From: Nitrososphaerota archaeon
Lineage (GTDB): Archaea > Thermoproteota > Nitrososphaeria > Nitrososphaerales > Nitrososphaeraceae
DNA: 64,000 nt
Direction: 5' to 3'
NCBI GenBank assembly: GCA_005877075.1
Contig: VBPX01000030.1
Location: 9,227-73,226 of the forward strand
Shown: piece after piece, positions 30,526-40,320 of the stretch
How the letters are laid out: each line of letters opens with the position of its first letter
Numbering within the stretch: position 1 is the stretch's first letter
Position numbers and translations under genes: made by a program
The notes under the pieces: model-generated
Database searches by the model: none
Told to the model about the DNA's origin: nothing
Seen by the model: the letters and a program-made list of their open reading frames with translations, nothing else

Positions 30526-32139
30526 TTATTTTTTCTCGTCTGTAATTAATCCCCGTTCACTATTGGTTCCCGGGGTTGATTCTGTTTTATTTGCAGATTT
30601 AACAGATTGAGGAGACGATGTGTTACTTTTTGTAGGTGGAACCAACGTCGTTTTCGCAGCACCAGAGTCGCCAAGTGCCTTGGAACCACTAGGAATTTCA
30701 GCAGCTATGGTACCTGCAGTCTGTGTAAGTGAGGGTGGCTTCGCTTTCATCGGCATTGGAGGGACTGTTGGCTTTGGCGGTGGAGCCTTTTGCATCGATT
30801 TTCCATGTCTGAATATATGAAACATTCCAGCGAAAACTAGCATCATTATACCCACAATAAACAGCGAGTAGTTCTTCATTCCATTCAATACTGCATAATA
30901 TGCAGCAATATTGAGGTAAACTTGAAATGCTATAAGAGCAATAAATATTCCATATATCCATTTTTCAGACAAGTTTATTGAGTTTTTACCTGTTTGCTTT
31001 TTGGGCTGAATCTTTGCATTGGCTTCTGCGTTTCTAGCCAATTTAATCATCATATATGTAAATCCAAATGACAGGGGTACTAACAAAATCATGACTAGGT
31101 AAAGGAAAACGGGATCGATTACAAGTCTTTCTAATAATGATTTGGTTCTATCTGGATCTATGTAAAAACCCCAGTAAGTTGTTACCATAATTTGGGCTAT
31201 GCTTGTAATGCCTATTGCAGTTATTATTGGCCTGTCTTTCCATGAAAATTTCTTGTATCGATCGATAAATGGTACTATAAGCAATGCAAAAATAAATAAT
31301 CCGGGCCAAGCTACACCTGTTGTAAATTTATCGTATGCACTACGAAGGAACGCGTATAAACCAGTTAAGTACCACTCAGGTACCGTTATACCAGGCGGTA
31401 CAGTAGGATCGAATCTCAATCCCATGTCAACAGGAAATACACCACCTACCAACATAATTGCCCCCGTTATTGCCATTACCATTGGTACATCAAATACCAA
31501 GAATCTCGGGAAGTGCACAACCATCAGACCCAATAATGCTATAGGCAGGAAGAAGACATGAAATGCATAGAATCTTAGAACAAAGTCATGGAATCCGGAT
31601 CCAAAGAAAGCTTCTCTCATATGTGGTCCCATAATTGGGATTGAATTAGTTAGTGAAGCTGCGATAGATATAGCTAATTCGGCTCTTTCACTAAAAATTA
31701 TATCATATCCTGTAAAAGCTTCTAGTATTGTAAGTACTCCCAATATAATTCCAGTAACCCAAAGAATTTCATTCCTGATTTTATATCTACCACTGAAATA
31801 CTGATAGTACATATGAAGAAGTGCTACCATGACCATTGCATTTGACCCGTGATAATGAATATTTCTTAGATGAAATCCGTAAGGAATAACATCATTAATA
31901 GTTTGTACGCTATTCCATGCTCTATCTAATATGGGTTCATAAAATAACATAAGTAAAGCTCCAGTAATCCCCAAAATTATGAAAAGTACAAAAGTAAGCA
32001 TTCCTAAAAATCCAAGTGGACTTACAAATCTACTAGGTAGTGTAAATTTAAGTCCCATGAATATTGTTCTATCTACCCCGGTGTAAATCCACCTGATTAG
32101 ACGAGTTAGACTATTTTCTCTATGTAAGGAAACGCCCAA
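30526..32139 (-). CDS. Cytochrome b (complex III-like, fused b6/subunit IV-type) with Pro/Lys/Thr-rich C-terminal tail
   Basis: 537 aa, many TM helices, heme-ligand His pairs in HLRNIHYHG...ALLH and FYAFHVF regions. Overlaps the Rieske gene end. Confidence 0.85.
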   Translation of the reverse strand: MGVSLHRENSLTRLIRWIYTGVDRTIFMGLKFTLPSRFVSPLGFLGMLTFVLFIILGITGALLMLFYEPILDRAWNSVQTINDVIPYGFHLRNIHYHGSNAMVMVALLHMYYQYFSGRYKIRNEILWVTGIILGVLTILEAFTGYDIIFSERAELAISIAASLTNSIPIMGPHMREAFFGSGFHDFVLRFYAFHVFFLPIALLGLMVVHFPRFLVFDVPMVMAITGAIMLVGGVFPVDMGLRFDPTVPPGITVPEWYLTGLYAFLRSAYDKFTTGVAWPGLFIFALLIVPFIDRYKKFSWKDRPIITAIGITSIAQIMVTTYWGFYIDPDRTKSLLERLVIDPVFLYLVMILLVPLSFGFTYMMIKLARNAEANAKIQPKKQTGKNSINLSEKWIYGIFIALIAFQVYLNIAAYYAVLNGMKNYSLFIVGIMMLVFAGMFHIFRHGKSMQKAPPPKPTVPPMPMKAKPPSLTQTAGTIAAEIPSGSKALGDSGAAKTTLVPPTKSNTSSPQSVKSANKTESTPGTNSERGLITDEKK

Positions 32140-32758
32140 AACCCACTATCCCATTCCCATTTACACTCCAATTTGGAGGTTTAATCGATATGTTACCATC
32201 AGGAGCTATCTCTATATCTAAACGAGGCAATACGTTGGACGGAGGAGCCTGTAATGAAGCAGGACCGGCAAATGCTTTACCGGTAAGAGGATCATACATA
32301 CTTCCATGGCATGGACATTCACCTCTTTTTCTTCCTTCTTGTGGCCAATATTTCCAGAGGCACCAAAGATGCAAACAGACCATGCTGTAAAGTCTGAAAG
32401 AAGAAACATCATTCTTGTTTCCACCAAGTTCTTCAGGCAGCCTAATAAATTGCCATATTCTAAATGATTCCTTATTTAATACAATATCTTTAGTTTTTGG
32501 ATAAATAACGGCCTCTGAATGATTAACTGGAAAGGTTTTGACGTTAGCTTGAGAGCCATCTGGAAGTTCAACTTTCTGTTTTTCACTCGATTGTCCAGTT
32601 GGGTTTGGAAGAAATTTTCCCCAGTCAACAAATGGTGCAAAAGTCATTACTGCACCAGCTGCAGCCATAAGTTTCATGAAATCACGTCTGGTTACCTTAC
32701 CCCCACTTTTCGGAGAAGGCTGCTGAGCCATACGATCTACAGACTCAAAATATATCAT
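32120..32758 (-). CDS. Rieske [2Fe-2S] protein with Tat signal
   Basis: 212 aa with twin-Arg TRRDFMKLMAAAGAV (likely start MAQQPS at 32731). Box I is CLHLWC and box II is CPCHGSMYD. Confidence 0.85.
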   Translation of the reverse strand: MIYFESVDRMAQQPSPKSGGKVTRRDFMKLMAAAGAVMTFAPFVDWGKFLPNPTGQSSEKQKVELPDGSQANVKTFPVNHSEAVIYPKTKDIVLNKESFRIWQFIRLPEELGGNKNDVSSFRLYSMVCLHLWCLWKYWPQEGRKRGECPCHGSMYDPLTGKAFAGPASLQAPPSNVLPRLDIEIAPDGNISIKPPNWSVNGNGIVGFGRFLT

Positions 32759-32868
32759 ATAAACTTTTATTCACTAAAAACTCCGCATTTTTTTTCAAAG
32801 ATTGAAGTTGAAAAAATTTTTTATGGTGGTATATGGCAGAGTGATATCTATTGAATCAACTTCTACTT

Positions 32869-33282
32869 TTAGAGAGTCTCTAATTTTCTTATTTTTTTGT
32901 TAAACCTTTCTTTAAACTCTGGAACATTAATAATCGTTCTTTCATGGATTCCCTCTCCTATTTTTTCTATTTTATCCATCGCATCTACTTCAAATGCAAC
33001 TTTTCGGTCATTTACTTCAACCACTTTAGCTTTTAGCAAAACTTCTGCTCCAACGGGTGTTGCCTTTAGGTGCCTGACGTTAACCAAAGTACCTACCGAA
33101 TCCCATCCTTCATCTTGCAAAAATTTCTCTTTTAGCATCAACCTACATGTTTCTTCCATTTCCGCAATCATAGAGGGTGTTGAAAAAACATTTTCTCCTT
33201 CCCACAAAAAACTTGTAGTTTGTCCCGTACCAACTTTAATTTTCCTCTCATTCATAGAACCAATAACTACTTTTTTGATCAT
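32869..33282 (-). CDS. Hotdog-fold thioesterase family protein
   Basis: 137 aa. FSTPSMIAEMEETC...GTLVNVRHLKATPVGAEVLLKAKVVEVNDRKVAFEVDA matches the single-hotdog thioesterase pattern. Confidence 0.7.
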   Translation of the reverse strand: MIKKVVIGSMNERKIKVGTGQTTSFLWEGENVFSTPSMIAEMEETCRLMLKEKFLQDEGWDSVGTLVNVRHLKATPVGAEVLLKAKVVEVNDRKVAFEVDAMDKIEKIGEGIHERTIINVPEFKERFNKKIRKLETL

Positions 33283-33338
33283 GATGAAAAATCAGTTTTC
33301 TACAATTACAACAAAAAGAAAAAGAGGTCGGCTAGATA

Positions 33339-33470
33339 CTACTTTGCTTTTCGTACAGCGGATGCTATGACGTATCCTAAGCCTACAACCAATCCAAAGG
33401 CCAGTGGTATCCATACTCCGAAGCTGTCAGGAGTTGCCGGTACTATTTGTTGAATTATGCTTTCGAACAT
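33339..33470 (-). CDS. Possible 43-aa single-TM micro-protein
   Basis: Hand translation gives MFESIIQQIVPATPDSFGVWIPLAFGLVVGLGYVIASAVRKAK. It is below the ORF-track cutoff and has no other support. Confidence 0.25.
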   Translation of the reverse strand: MFESIIQQIVPATPDSFGVWIPLAFGLVVGLGYVIASAVRKAK

Positions 33471-33651
33471 TATTAATTGTGGTATAAAAGTCATCAGTAT
33501 ATTAGATTTTCTCAAGAATTGGCAAATAGAATTGATATTAGCTTAAATATTAGACCCAAAAATATCAGTGTCTCTTATTCTCAGAGAACAGTAATCTAGA
33601 CAAGAAATTATACGCTGCCCTTAAATTACCCGAATGTGAATATTTGAAAAT

Positions 33652-33930
33652 ATGAAAATGCAGAAAGAGTTGAAAAAATTCTGTCCAAAGTGCAAGAAGC
33701 ACACAGTTCAATCAGTTGCAATATACAAGAAAGGTAAAGATAGAAAAACTGCAATAGGAGCAAGAAGACATGCAGAGGACAAAAAAGGGTATGGAGGACA
33801 AAAATTTCCTGAACTTAAAAGAACTGCCAAAACTACAAAGAAAATAACCCTTAGATATACTTGTAAAAATTGTCAACGTAAGACGATGAAGGAAGGTATG
33901 CGAATGCGTAAGCTGGAGATTCAGCCTTAA
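33652..33930 (+). CDS. rpl44e: 50S ribosomal protein L44e (eL42)
   Basis: 92 aa with CPKCKKHT...KGKDRKTAIGARRHAEDKKGYGGQ...CKNCQRK zinc ribbon. Confidence 0.9.
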   Translation: MKMQKELKKFCPKCKKHTVQSVAIYKKGKDRKTAIGARRHAEDKKGYGGQKFPELKRTAKTTKKITLRYTCKNCQRKTMKEGMRMRKLEIQP

Positions 33931-33943
33931 TTTGTGATGTGCC

Positions 33944-34141
33944 ATGCGAAAAGAGAATATATTAATTCCAAAACCAAGGAGCAATTTTCTATCTGTGCAA
34001 TGTACAAATTGTCAAGAAAAACAAGTTATTTATTCCCATGCGACCAGTGACATCAATTGCAAATCTTGTGGAAATCCTATTGCAAAAAAAACTGGTGGAA
34101 AGGCAACCATATTGGGTGAAATCATTAATACTCTTGATTAA
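33944..34141 (+). CDS. rps27e: 30S ribosomal protein S27e (eS27)
   Basis: 65 aa with FLSVQCTNCQEKQVIYSHATSDINCKSCGNPIAKKTGGKA. Confidence 0.9.
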   Translation: MRKENILIPKPRSNFLSVQCTNCQEKQVIYSHATSDINCKSCGNPIAKKTGGKATILGEIINTLD

Positions 34142-34754
34142 TTTTTTTTGAACTTAGTAAGAGAAAATCTTTTTTCGTGTTTATATTGTAGGCAAGTCTT
34201 TCGTCATTTAGTATTATGTAATGCTCTTTTACTGATTTCCCTCTCTGTATTTTAGAACAATCAAAAATCGTTATTCCTGAGTGAAAATACTCTTTGTTTC
34301 CAAGTTTAACTGATAGGGTTGGTTTTAGTTCCAACCTCATTATGAATTCTTTTTCCATTAATACTGAAATACACTGTTTATCCCCATTCCAAGTAGAAAT
34401 TATTGTGTCAATCAATTCCGAAGAGATTAAGGGCGTGTCTGAAGGCATTACAAATACAACATGAGGTCTCAACTTTTCCAAGATGTTCGTGAGATCATTT
34501 GAATAGTTTATACCACTTGTCTCAATAATCTCAAGAAATCCTGAAATATAATAAGAATGGCTTTTCAGAAACTCTGAAGTAATTTTAGCATTGGAACTTG
34601 TCGCCGCATATATTCTGTCAACTAGTTTTGAGCATTCTAAAGACTTGAGTGTGTGTTCAATTAATGGCTTATTGTTGAATCTTAACATAGCTTTTTCTGA
34701 GCAGTAATCCTTTATTCTTTCACCTTTACCACCGCACATTATTAGAGCTAACAT
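34125..34754 (-). CDS. cobY: Adenosylcobinamide-phosphate guanylyltransferase (archaeal CobY-type NTP transferase)
   Basis: 209 aa with MCGGKGERI nucleotidyltransferase motif. Last gene of the cobalamin nucleotide-loop operon. Confidence 0.7.
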   Translation of the reverse strand: MLALIMCGGKGERIKDYCSEKAMLRFNNKPLIEHTLKSLECSKLVDRIYAATSSNAKITSEFLKSHSYYISGFLEIIETSGINYSNDLTNILEKLRPHVVFVMPSDTPLISSELIDTIISTWNGDKQCISVLMEKEFIMRLELKPTLSVKLGNKEYFHSGITIFDCSKIQRGKSVKEHYIILNDERLAYNINTKKDFLLLSSKKINQEY

Positions 34755-34768
34755 AAACTATACCATCT

Positions 34769-35512
34769 TTAGATTTCCAGTGAAGAAAGTATTAGTAACG
34801 ATGATAAACGTGCAATTTCGTTAGAAGCACCAAATACATCACCACTTACTCCTCCAAAGTTCCTGCAAGACACAACATAAATAATAAACCCTATGATTAC
34901 GACAATTCCGAAAATTAGTAACCCAACTCCCCCTTCTATAATGAATATCAGTACGAAGGCAATTGCAGTAGATACAAATATTTTTTTACTTTTTTTCATT
35001 TCAATAGTAAATGGAGAGCTAGAACCAGACCAAGCAGAATCGCCCACAGATGCTTGCATTACCATAACATATTTTGCCATTATCTCAGAGGCAATAATAG
35101 CGAAAAATAATTTAGGGGTGGAATTAAAGCCCGATACTGCAATGAATAGCCCTATAAAATTTATAATTAGCGCAGATGCTCCCGCGGATCCTACTATTGG
35201 ATCAGACATTGCCCTTCGCTTGGACTCTTTATCTCCTTTAGCCATCAATCCATCTGCAAAATCAGCTAATGCATCAATATGATGAATACCGGTGAGAATA
35301 ACAAACGTTACCAATACTGTAAAACTAGCTATATAATGTGGCAAAAACATGGAGGGAAAAAGTGCTATTAATCCTACAATGAAACCAATAATTCCACCAT
35401 AAAGTGGAAAGAAATGCATGTTCCTTGCAATAGCATTTAGATCATAACTATACGATCTTGGCATTGGAATGATTGTTAAGAATGAGAGGGCGGCAAGAAA
35501 AGGTTTAAACAT
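34769..35512 (-). CDS. cobS: Adenosylcobinamide-GDP ribazoletransferase (cobalamin synthase)
   Basis: 247-aa multi-TM protein with FLTIIPMP and GIHHIDALADFADGL blocks. Confidence 0.85.
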   Translation of the reverse strand: MFKPFLAALSFLTIIPMPRSYSYDLNAIARNMHFFPLYGGIIGFIVGLIALFPSMFLPHYIASFTVLVTFVILTGIHHIDALADFADGLMAKGDKESKRRAMSDPIVGSAGASALIINFIGLFIAVSGFNSTPKLFFAIIASEIMAKYVMVMQASVGDSAWSGSSSPFTIEMKKSKKIFVSTAIAFVLIFIIEGGVGLLIFGIVVIIGFIIYVVSCRNFGGVSGDVFGASNEIARLSSLLILSSLEI

Positions 35513-36473
35513 ATAAAATGTTCCACCATCCTAGTAATGACAATAACAAAACTAATGGCAGCGATATAATGATAAAAAACAAAATAACTACTAATTTCAC
35601 AATGGTTAAGGCATTTCTACATTTTTCGATAGAAAGAGGCTCGATATTAGTGCCTAGTTCGTATTGCCCAACTTTTTCTAGTTTTACTCTTAGGGCCCCT
35701 GCCAACGCAGACATAGGATATCCTCCATTAAGACTCGGCGTGTTATGATGGTCCCTGCGCATAATCAAAATAGAATTTTTCCAGTCTGCCCCTACTATCT
35801 TTGAAGAAACAACCAGCAATAGCGCACATATTCGTGCTGGAATGATGTTTAAGATCGTATCAAGCTTTGCCGCCATCCAACCCATATTATGATAATATTT
35901 ATCAGTATAACCTATCATAGAATCAAGAGTATTGATAATTCTAAAAGCTATAGCACCTGAAGGACCGAATAGTGAGTAATAAAACAACACAGATCCAATA
36001 CCGTCTACCAAGCTTTCTCCTATCGATTCAATTGTTGCCGATATAATATGTTCTCTATCCAGAGTATCAGTCTTCCTGCCTACAATCAAGGAAAGATTCT
36101 TTCTTGCACTAATCAAATTTTTCGCTTCCAGTGCACAAATTATAGCACATACGTGTTTTTCTAGAGTAAGTATAGCCATTGTGAATTTTAGCACTAATAT
36201 GGAATATATCAAAAATGGAAATATGCCCGATTTGTAGAGTACTACCGAAAGGTAATAAGAGGCCATAGATATTCCAATTGTTAATATCAAGGTAAAAATC
36301 ACTCCCTTTATCTTTTCGTATTTGGGATTAACTTTGTGCTTTAGTTTTGGAATAATAAAGACAACAAGTTTACCAAGCCATGAAACAGGATGAAACCTAT
36401 TTGGAGGATCCACAAGTAAAAAAGACAGGGTAATACCACCGACAAGTGTTAACAATATAAATTCAGAATTCAT
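35505..36473 (-). CDS. cbiB: Adenosylcobinamide-phosphate synthase CbiB/CobD (membrane)
   Basis: 322 aa with RFHPVSWLGK, ESLVDGIGSVLFYY, DSMIGY and NGGYPMSALAGAL blocks. Confidence 0.85.
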   Translation of the reverse strand: MNSEFILLTLVGGITLSFLLVDPPNRFHPVSWLGKLVVFIIPKLKHKVNPKYEKIKGVIFTLILTIGISMASYYLSVVLYKSGIFPFLIYSILVLKFTMAILTLEKHVCAIICALEAKNLISARKNLSLIVGRKTDTLDREHIISATIESIGESLVDGIGSVLFYYSLFGPSGAIAFRIINTLDSMIGYTDKYYHNMGWMAAKLDTILNIIPARICALLLVVSSKIVGADWKNSILIMRRDHHNTPSLNGGYPMSALAGALRVKLEKVGQYELGTNIEPLSIEKCRNALTIVKLVVILFFIIISLPLVLLLSLLGWWNILYV

Positions 36474-37329
36474 GATTCATTTTCATAGTATTTAATAGAA
36501 ATTTGATATCAGTGTTTTTTTTAATTGTAGTTGCTACAAAGTTAATTTGTTCATCAAGATATCTCTTGCTAAATGAGGATTGTGATCTTTTTTGGTCTAA
36601 TGAATCTTCATTTGGAAGGTTGAATTCTATTTTTGGAATTACTCCCAAGACCTTCTTCTTTGTTATTTTTTCAACTGAAATTACTGCTTTAGTTAAAATA
36701 GATTTCTGTCCGAGAAACTTGTTGATTATTATGCCCTTTACAAACTTTCTTTGTTCAGGTTTCAATAATTTGATAGTTCCAACTATCGCGGCGAAGCATC
36801 CCCCACGTTCAATATCGGCCACCAATATTACGTGAGGATTAATTTTTTCGGCAAGGGTCATATTTGCAATGTCATAATTTGACAAATTTATTTCTGCAGG
36901 TGATCCTGCCCCCTCTATTATAATCAGATCATTTTCTTTCCTAAGTTTTTCTAAATCTTGCAATACTTTGGGTAATCCTTTTTGAAGAACAAAACTACTG
37001 TAGTAATCTTCTGCGCTCATACGTAGGTTTTTTACTCCTCCTAGAATAATTTCGCTTACATTATTCCCAAGAGGTCTTAAAAGAATGGGGTTCATTCTAA
37101 TATCGGGTTCTACTCTGGCTGCAACAGCTTGAACTGCTTGTATCTTTGCCATCACCGTTGCTGATTTTTTTTCTTTAAGAATATGAAAATTTGAAGTCAT
37201 ATTTTGGGCCTTAAAGGGGCATACTCTGTATCCCATATCGGAGAATATTCTGCATAAGGCTAACACGATAGTACTCTTTCCAGCACCTGATGATGTACCT
37301 TGGATCATCAAAAGTCTTGCGTTCATCAA
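36463..37329 (-). CDS. CobQ/CbiP-like ATPase domain protein lacking the glutamine amidotransferase domain
   Basis: 288 aa. IQGTSSGAGKSTIVLALCRIF, FKAQNMTSN, RMNPILLRP, IIEGAGSPAEINL, LVADIERGG and IINKF align with the N-terminal ~250 aa of cobyric acid synthase. The ORF stops where the GATase domain would begin. Confidence 0.7.
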   Translation of the reverse strand: MMNARLLMIQGTSSGAGKSTIVLALCRIFSDMGYRVCPFKAQNMTSNFHILKEKKSATVMAKIQAVQAVAARVEPDIRMNPILLRPLGNNVSEIILGGVKNLRMSAEDYYSSFVLQKGLPKVLQDLEKLRKENDLIIIEGAGSPAEINLSNYDIANMTLAEKINPHVILVADIERGGCFAAIVGTIKLLKPEQRKFVKGIIINKFLGQKSILTKAVISVEKITKKKVLGVIPKIEFNLPNEDSLDQKRSQSSFSKRYLDEQINFVATTIKKNTDIKFLLNTMKMNHEF

Positions 37330-38390
37330 TCGATGGACTCCAATGAATTAAGTAGATCTAAATTTTCGTCATGTTTTTTCACAGAAACTCTAATGTAATT
37401 CTCCTTCATACCTTTAAAATCACTACAATCACGCACAAGGATACCGTTCTTTTTTAGTAGTAAATCCCTTATTTGCTTTGAATTACCTTGACGTAGGTGT
37501 ATAAGATAATAGTTTACATCTGATTCATTTGCTCTAAACGAATTTAGTTTGTTATTTATGCTAGAATACATGAACTCTCGTTCGGATTTTATTATTTTCC
37601 TTGCCTTTGTTACATGAGAAAAATTTTCTAATGCAATGACACCAGCCAATTGGGCTAATCCATTTACACTCCAAGTTATTTTTTTATCTGAAATTTTTTT
37701 TGCAGTAGTTGAATGGGAGACACAATATCCCAATCTTAACCCCGCAAGGCCAAAAGATTTTGTCAATGAACGTAAGACTACAATGTTTTGAAATTCATTA
37801 ATCTTTTCAATGAATGTTTTTGGGTGTTTACTCTCATCAACGAATTCAATAAAACTTTCATCGATCATAATCTTTATCGAGGAATCTATTTTTTCTATTA
37901 ATCTTTCTATCAATGGGTAAGAAAAAAGTCCGGTTGGATTATTTGGGTTACATAAGAAAATTGCATCAGAATCTTTAGATTTTTCTAGTATTTTATCTAT
38001 ATCTAGTTTCCAATTCTTGAGTTGGACATTCTTGATTTTAGCGCCTACTTTTCTTGAAGCTAGCTCATATTCACAAAAAGTTGGTGATGGTATTAATACC
38101 TGCTTTTGCACAAAAGTTCTTACAAAATCATAAATCAATTCCGTTGCACCATTTCCAACATTAACCGACTCATGAGATAAGCCACAGTCCAAATAATCAA
38201 TTATTTTTTTTTTCAGAACTGTATGTGCATTATCTGGATATATTGATGAAAGCTGCGGTAAATTTTTTCTCAGTCCATCTAAAACTTTCCGTGATATTCC
38301 TAATGGATTAATATTGGAACTAAAATCAATTCTTACGAGGCTAGGATTTACAGAATAAATCCCACCATGAAAACAGGAATATTGAATCAT
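37326..38390 (-). CDS. cobD: L-threonine-O-3-phosphate decarboxylase (CobD, aminotransferase class I/II fold)
   Basis: 354 aa with FHGG, DFSSNINPLG, NPNNPTG, and LRSLTKSFGLAGLRLGY carrying the PLP Lys. Confidence 0.85.
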   Translation of the reverse strand: MIQYSCFHGGIYSVNPSLVRIDFSSNINPLGISRKVLDGLRKNLPQLSSIYPDNAHTVLKKKIIDYLDCGLSHESVNVGNGATELIYDFVRTFVQKQVLIPSPTFCEYELASRKVGAKIKNVQLKNWKLDIDKILEKSKDSDAIFLCNPNNPTGLFSYPLIERLIEKIDSSIKIMIDESFIEFVDESKHPKTFIEKINEFQNIVVLRSLTKSFGLAGLRLGYCVSHSTTAKKISDKKITWSVNGLAQLAGVIALENFSHVTKARKIIKSEREFMYSSINNKLNSFRANESDVNYYLIHLRQGNSKQIRDLLLKKNGILVRDCSDFKGMKENYIRVSVKKHDENLDLLNSLESID

Positions 38391-38484
38391 TTAAATTTCA
38401 TATGAGATGGTACATAACATGAATGGATAATATTATGTTTTTTCTGAAAACGATTATTAGTTGCGTTCTGAGTAATCGCACATT

Positions 38485-39561
38485 ATGTTAAAAGTTGCGG
38501 TAATAGGCGCCACAGGTGCGGTTGGGCAAGAATTCGTTATTGCCCTCAATAGACATCCCTGGTTTGAATTGGTTCAAATGGCATCTTCGGAGAGATCCGC
38601 TGGGAAAAAATACATGGATGCACTGAGGGATCCAAATACCTCACTCCTTAAATGGCACAATAAAGAAAAGGTTCCCGAAAATGTAAGAGATATGATTCTA
38701 AATAGAGTCGAAGAAATTGATCCAAAGAAGGTTGATCTTATATTTACTGCTCTTGAATCAGAAGATGCAAGGGTGATTGAACCAAAAATGGCTTCAGAAG
38801 TACCGGTCATAAGTACTGCTGCAGCATTTAGATATGAAGACGATGTTCCTATCCTAATTCCAGGAATTAATGATGAACACTGCGAATTATTGAATATACA
38901 GAAAAAGAATAGGAAATGGAATGGCTTTATTGCACCATTACCAAATTGTACAACTACGGGTATGGCAATAACCCTTAAGCCACTAATGGATGATATGGGG
39001 CTCGAAAATGTTTTCATGACTTCAATGCAAGCCTTGTCTGGTGCAGGTCGATCTCCTGGAGTGGTTGCGTTAGACATCATGGATAATGTGATTCCGTACA
39101 TACCAAAGGAGGAAGAAAAAGTTCAAGTAGAGACAAAAAAGATCCTTGGGAAATTTGATGGCAATTCAATAGTGAATGCCTCTATCAAGGTAAGTTGTAC
39201 CTGCACAAGAGTACCGGTAATAGATGGACATACTGAAACAATTTTTGCCCAACTAACGAAACCTGCTTTACCTCATCAGGTAAAAGAATCAATGACTAAT
39301 TTTTCTAAATCCGTATCAATAAAAGGCCTACCTTCTGCCCCAGAAGATTATATCATTGTTCATGATGATCCTACGAGACCCCAACCTAGAATTGACAGAG
39401 AGGTTAATGATGGAATGACAACAGTTGTTGGAAGACTCCGAAAGGACACTGTATTTGAAAACGGCATAAAGTATGTACTTTTAACCCATAATGAAAAAAT
39501 GGGTTCTGCGAAGGGTGCCATCTTGTTAGCAGAGTTGTTCAAGTCAAAAAAAATTATTTAA
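38485..39561 (+). CDS. asd: Aspartate-semialdehyde dehydrogenase
   Basis: 358 aa with VAVIGATGAVGQEF, active-site NCTTTGM, SMQALSGAG and RVPVIDGHTE. Confidence 0.85.
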   Translation: MLKVAVIGATGAVGQEFVIALNRHPWFELVQMASSERSAGKKYMDALRDPNTSLLKWHNKEKVPENVRDMILNRVEEIDPKKVDLIFTALESEDARVIEPKMASEVPVISTAAAFRYEDDVPILIPGINDEHCELLNIQKKNRKWNGFIAPLPNCTTTGMAITLKPLMDDMGLENVFMTSMQALSGAGRSPGVVALDIMDNVIPYIPKEEEKVQVETKKILGKFDGNSIVNASIKVSCTCTRVPVIDGHTETIFAQLTKPALPHQVKESMTNFSKSVSIKGLPSAPEDYIIVHDDPTRPQPRIDREVNDGMTTVVGRLRKDTVFENGIKYVLLTHNEKMGSAKGAILLAELFKSKKII

Positions 39562-39636
39562 GCATGCATTATTGAAAAAAATTAAATAAAATTGAAATTA
39601 ATACATTTATTAACCGCACAATTCACGACATAATTA

Positions 39637-40113
39637 GTGATTTCCATGTATAAAATAGACGATTTAGATCTTAAGATTTTGGAAGAACTGTCGAATGATG
39701 CGTCTATTTCTGTTCCCAGACTTTCAAGAAAAATTAACATCAATGCATCAGTGGTTTATAGTAGAATTAAGAGATTGGTAAAAAGAGGTGTTATTAGAAA
39801 ATTCACAATATTGATGAATGATGAAGCCCTTGGTTTTAATGTAAAGGCATTAACTGGCATAAACATGGATTCAAAATTAAGAGATAATGTACTAAGTGAA
39901 TTATTCAGGATACCCGGTGTTACGGAAATTTCAGAGGTTACTGGAAGATTCGATATATTAGTAACAATGAATTCCCACTCATTAGACGAAATGCATCAAT
40001 TTATATCTGAAAGAGTTGGACGTATTGAAGGAGTACAGAAAACAGAGACGTTTATTGAAATGAGAAAAACAGCAAGAGAAATACCCATCCCACCTTCAAA
40101 AAAGCAAGAATAA
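39637..40113 (+). CDS. Lrp/AsnC family transcriptional regulator
   Basis: 158 aa with N-terminal HTH (LDLKILEELSNDASISVPRLSRKINI) and a C-terminal RAM/ACT-like domain (VTGRFDILV). Confidence 0.85.
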   Translation: MISMYKIDDLDLKILEELSNDASISVPRLSRKININASVVYSRIKRLVKRGVIRKFTILMNDEALGFNVKALTGINMDSKLRDNVLSELFRIPGVTEISEVTGRFDILVTMNSHSLDEMHQFISERVGRIEGVQKTETFIEMRKTAREIPIPPSKKQE

Positions 40114-40320
40114 ATTTAGATCGTGTTTCTTAGTTGATTATCTGATCAATTTTTAGATGAATATATCAGGTAAAACGTAAAAAGCCATATCACTAATTAA
40201 TTTAGTAACTATCTATATGACTGCCATAGACTGAGATACGTCGTGGCAATAATACTTTTGTTCTACTTATCACAGGTTTAAATTTGGATTACAGTTTAGT
40301 ACAAAATGAAAGAATAGGCA

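Noticed and set aside
32897-33370. 157-aa plus-strand ORF
   Set aside because: It is antisense to the hotdog thioesterase gene. The Ser/Thr/Phe-rich translation has no recognisable motifs.
38574-39101. 175-aa minus-strand ORF
   Set aside because: It is antisense to the aspartate-semialdehyde dehydrogenase gene and is a shadow ORF.
38485-39561. The Asd homologue as the missing malonyl-CoA/succinyl-CoA reductase of the thaumarchaeal 3HP/4HB cycle
   Set aside because: Crenarchaeal malonyl-CoA reductase is an Asd paralogue, so the idea is tempting. But nothing in the sequence distinguishes it from a genuine Asd, and the adjacent Lrp/AsnC regulator fits amino-acid biosynthesis.
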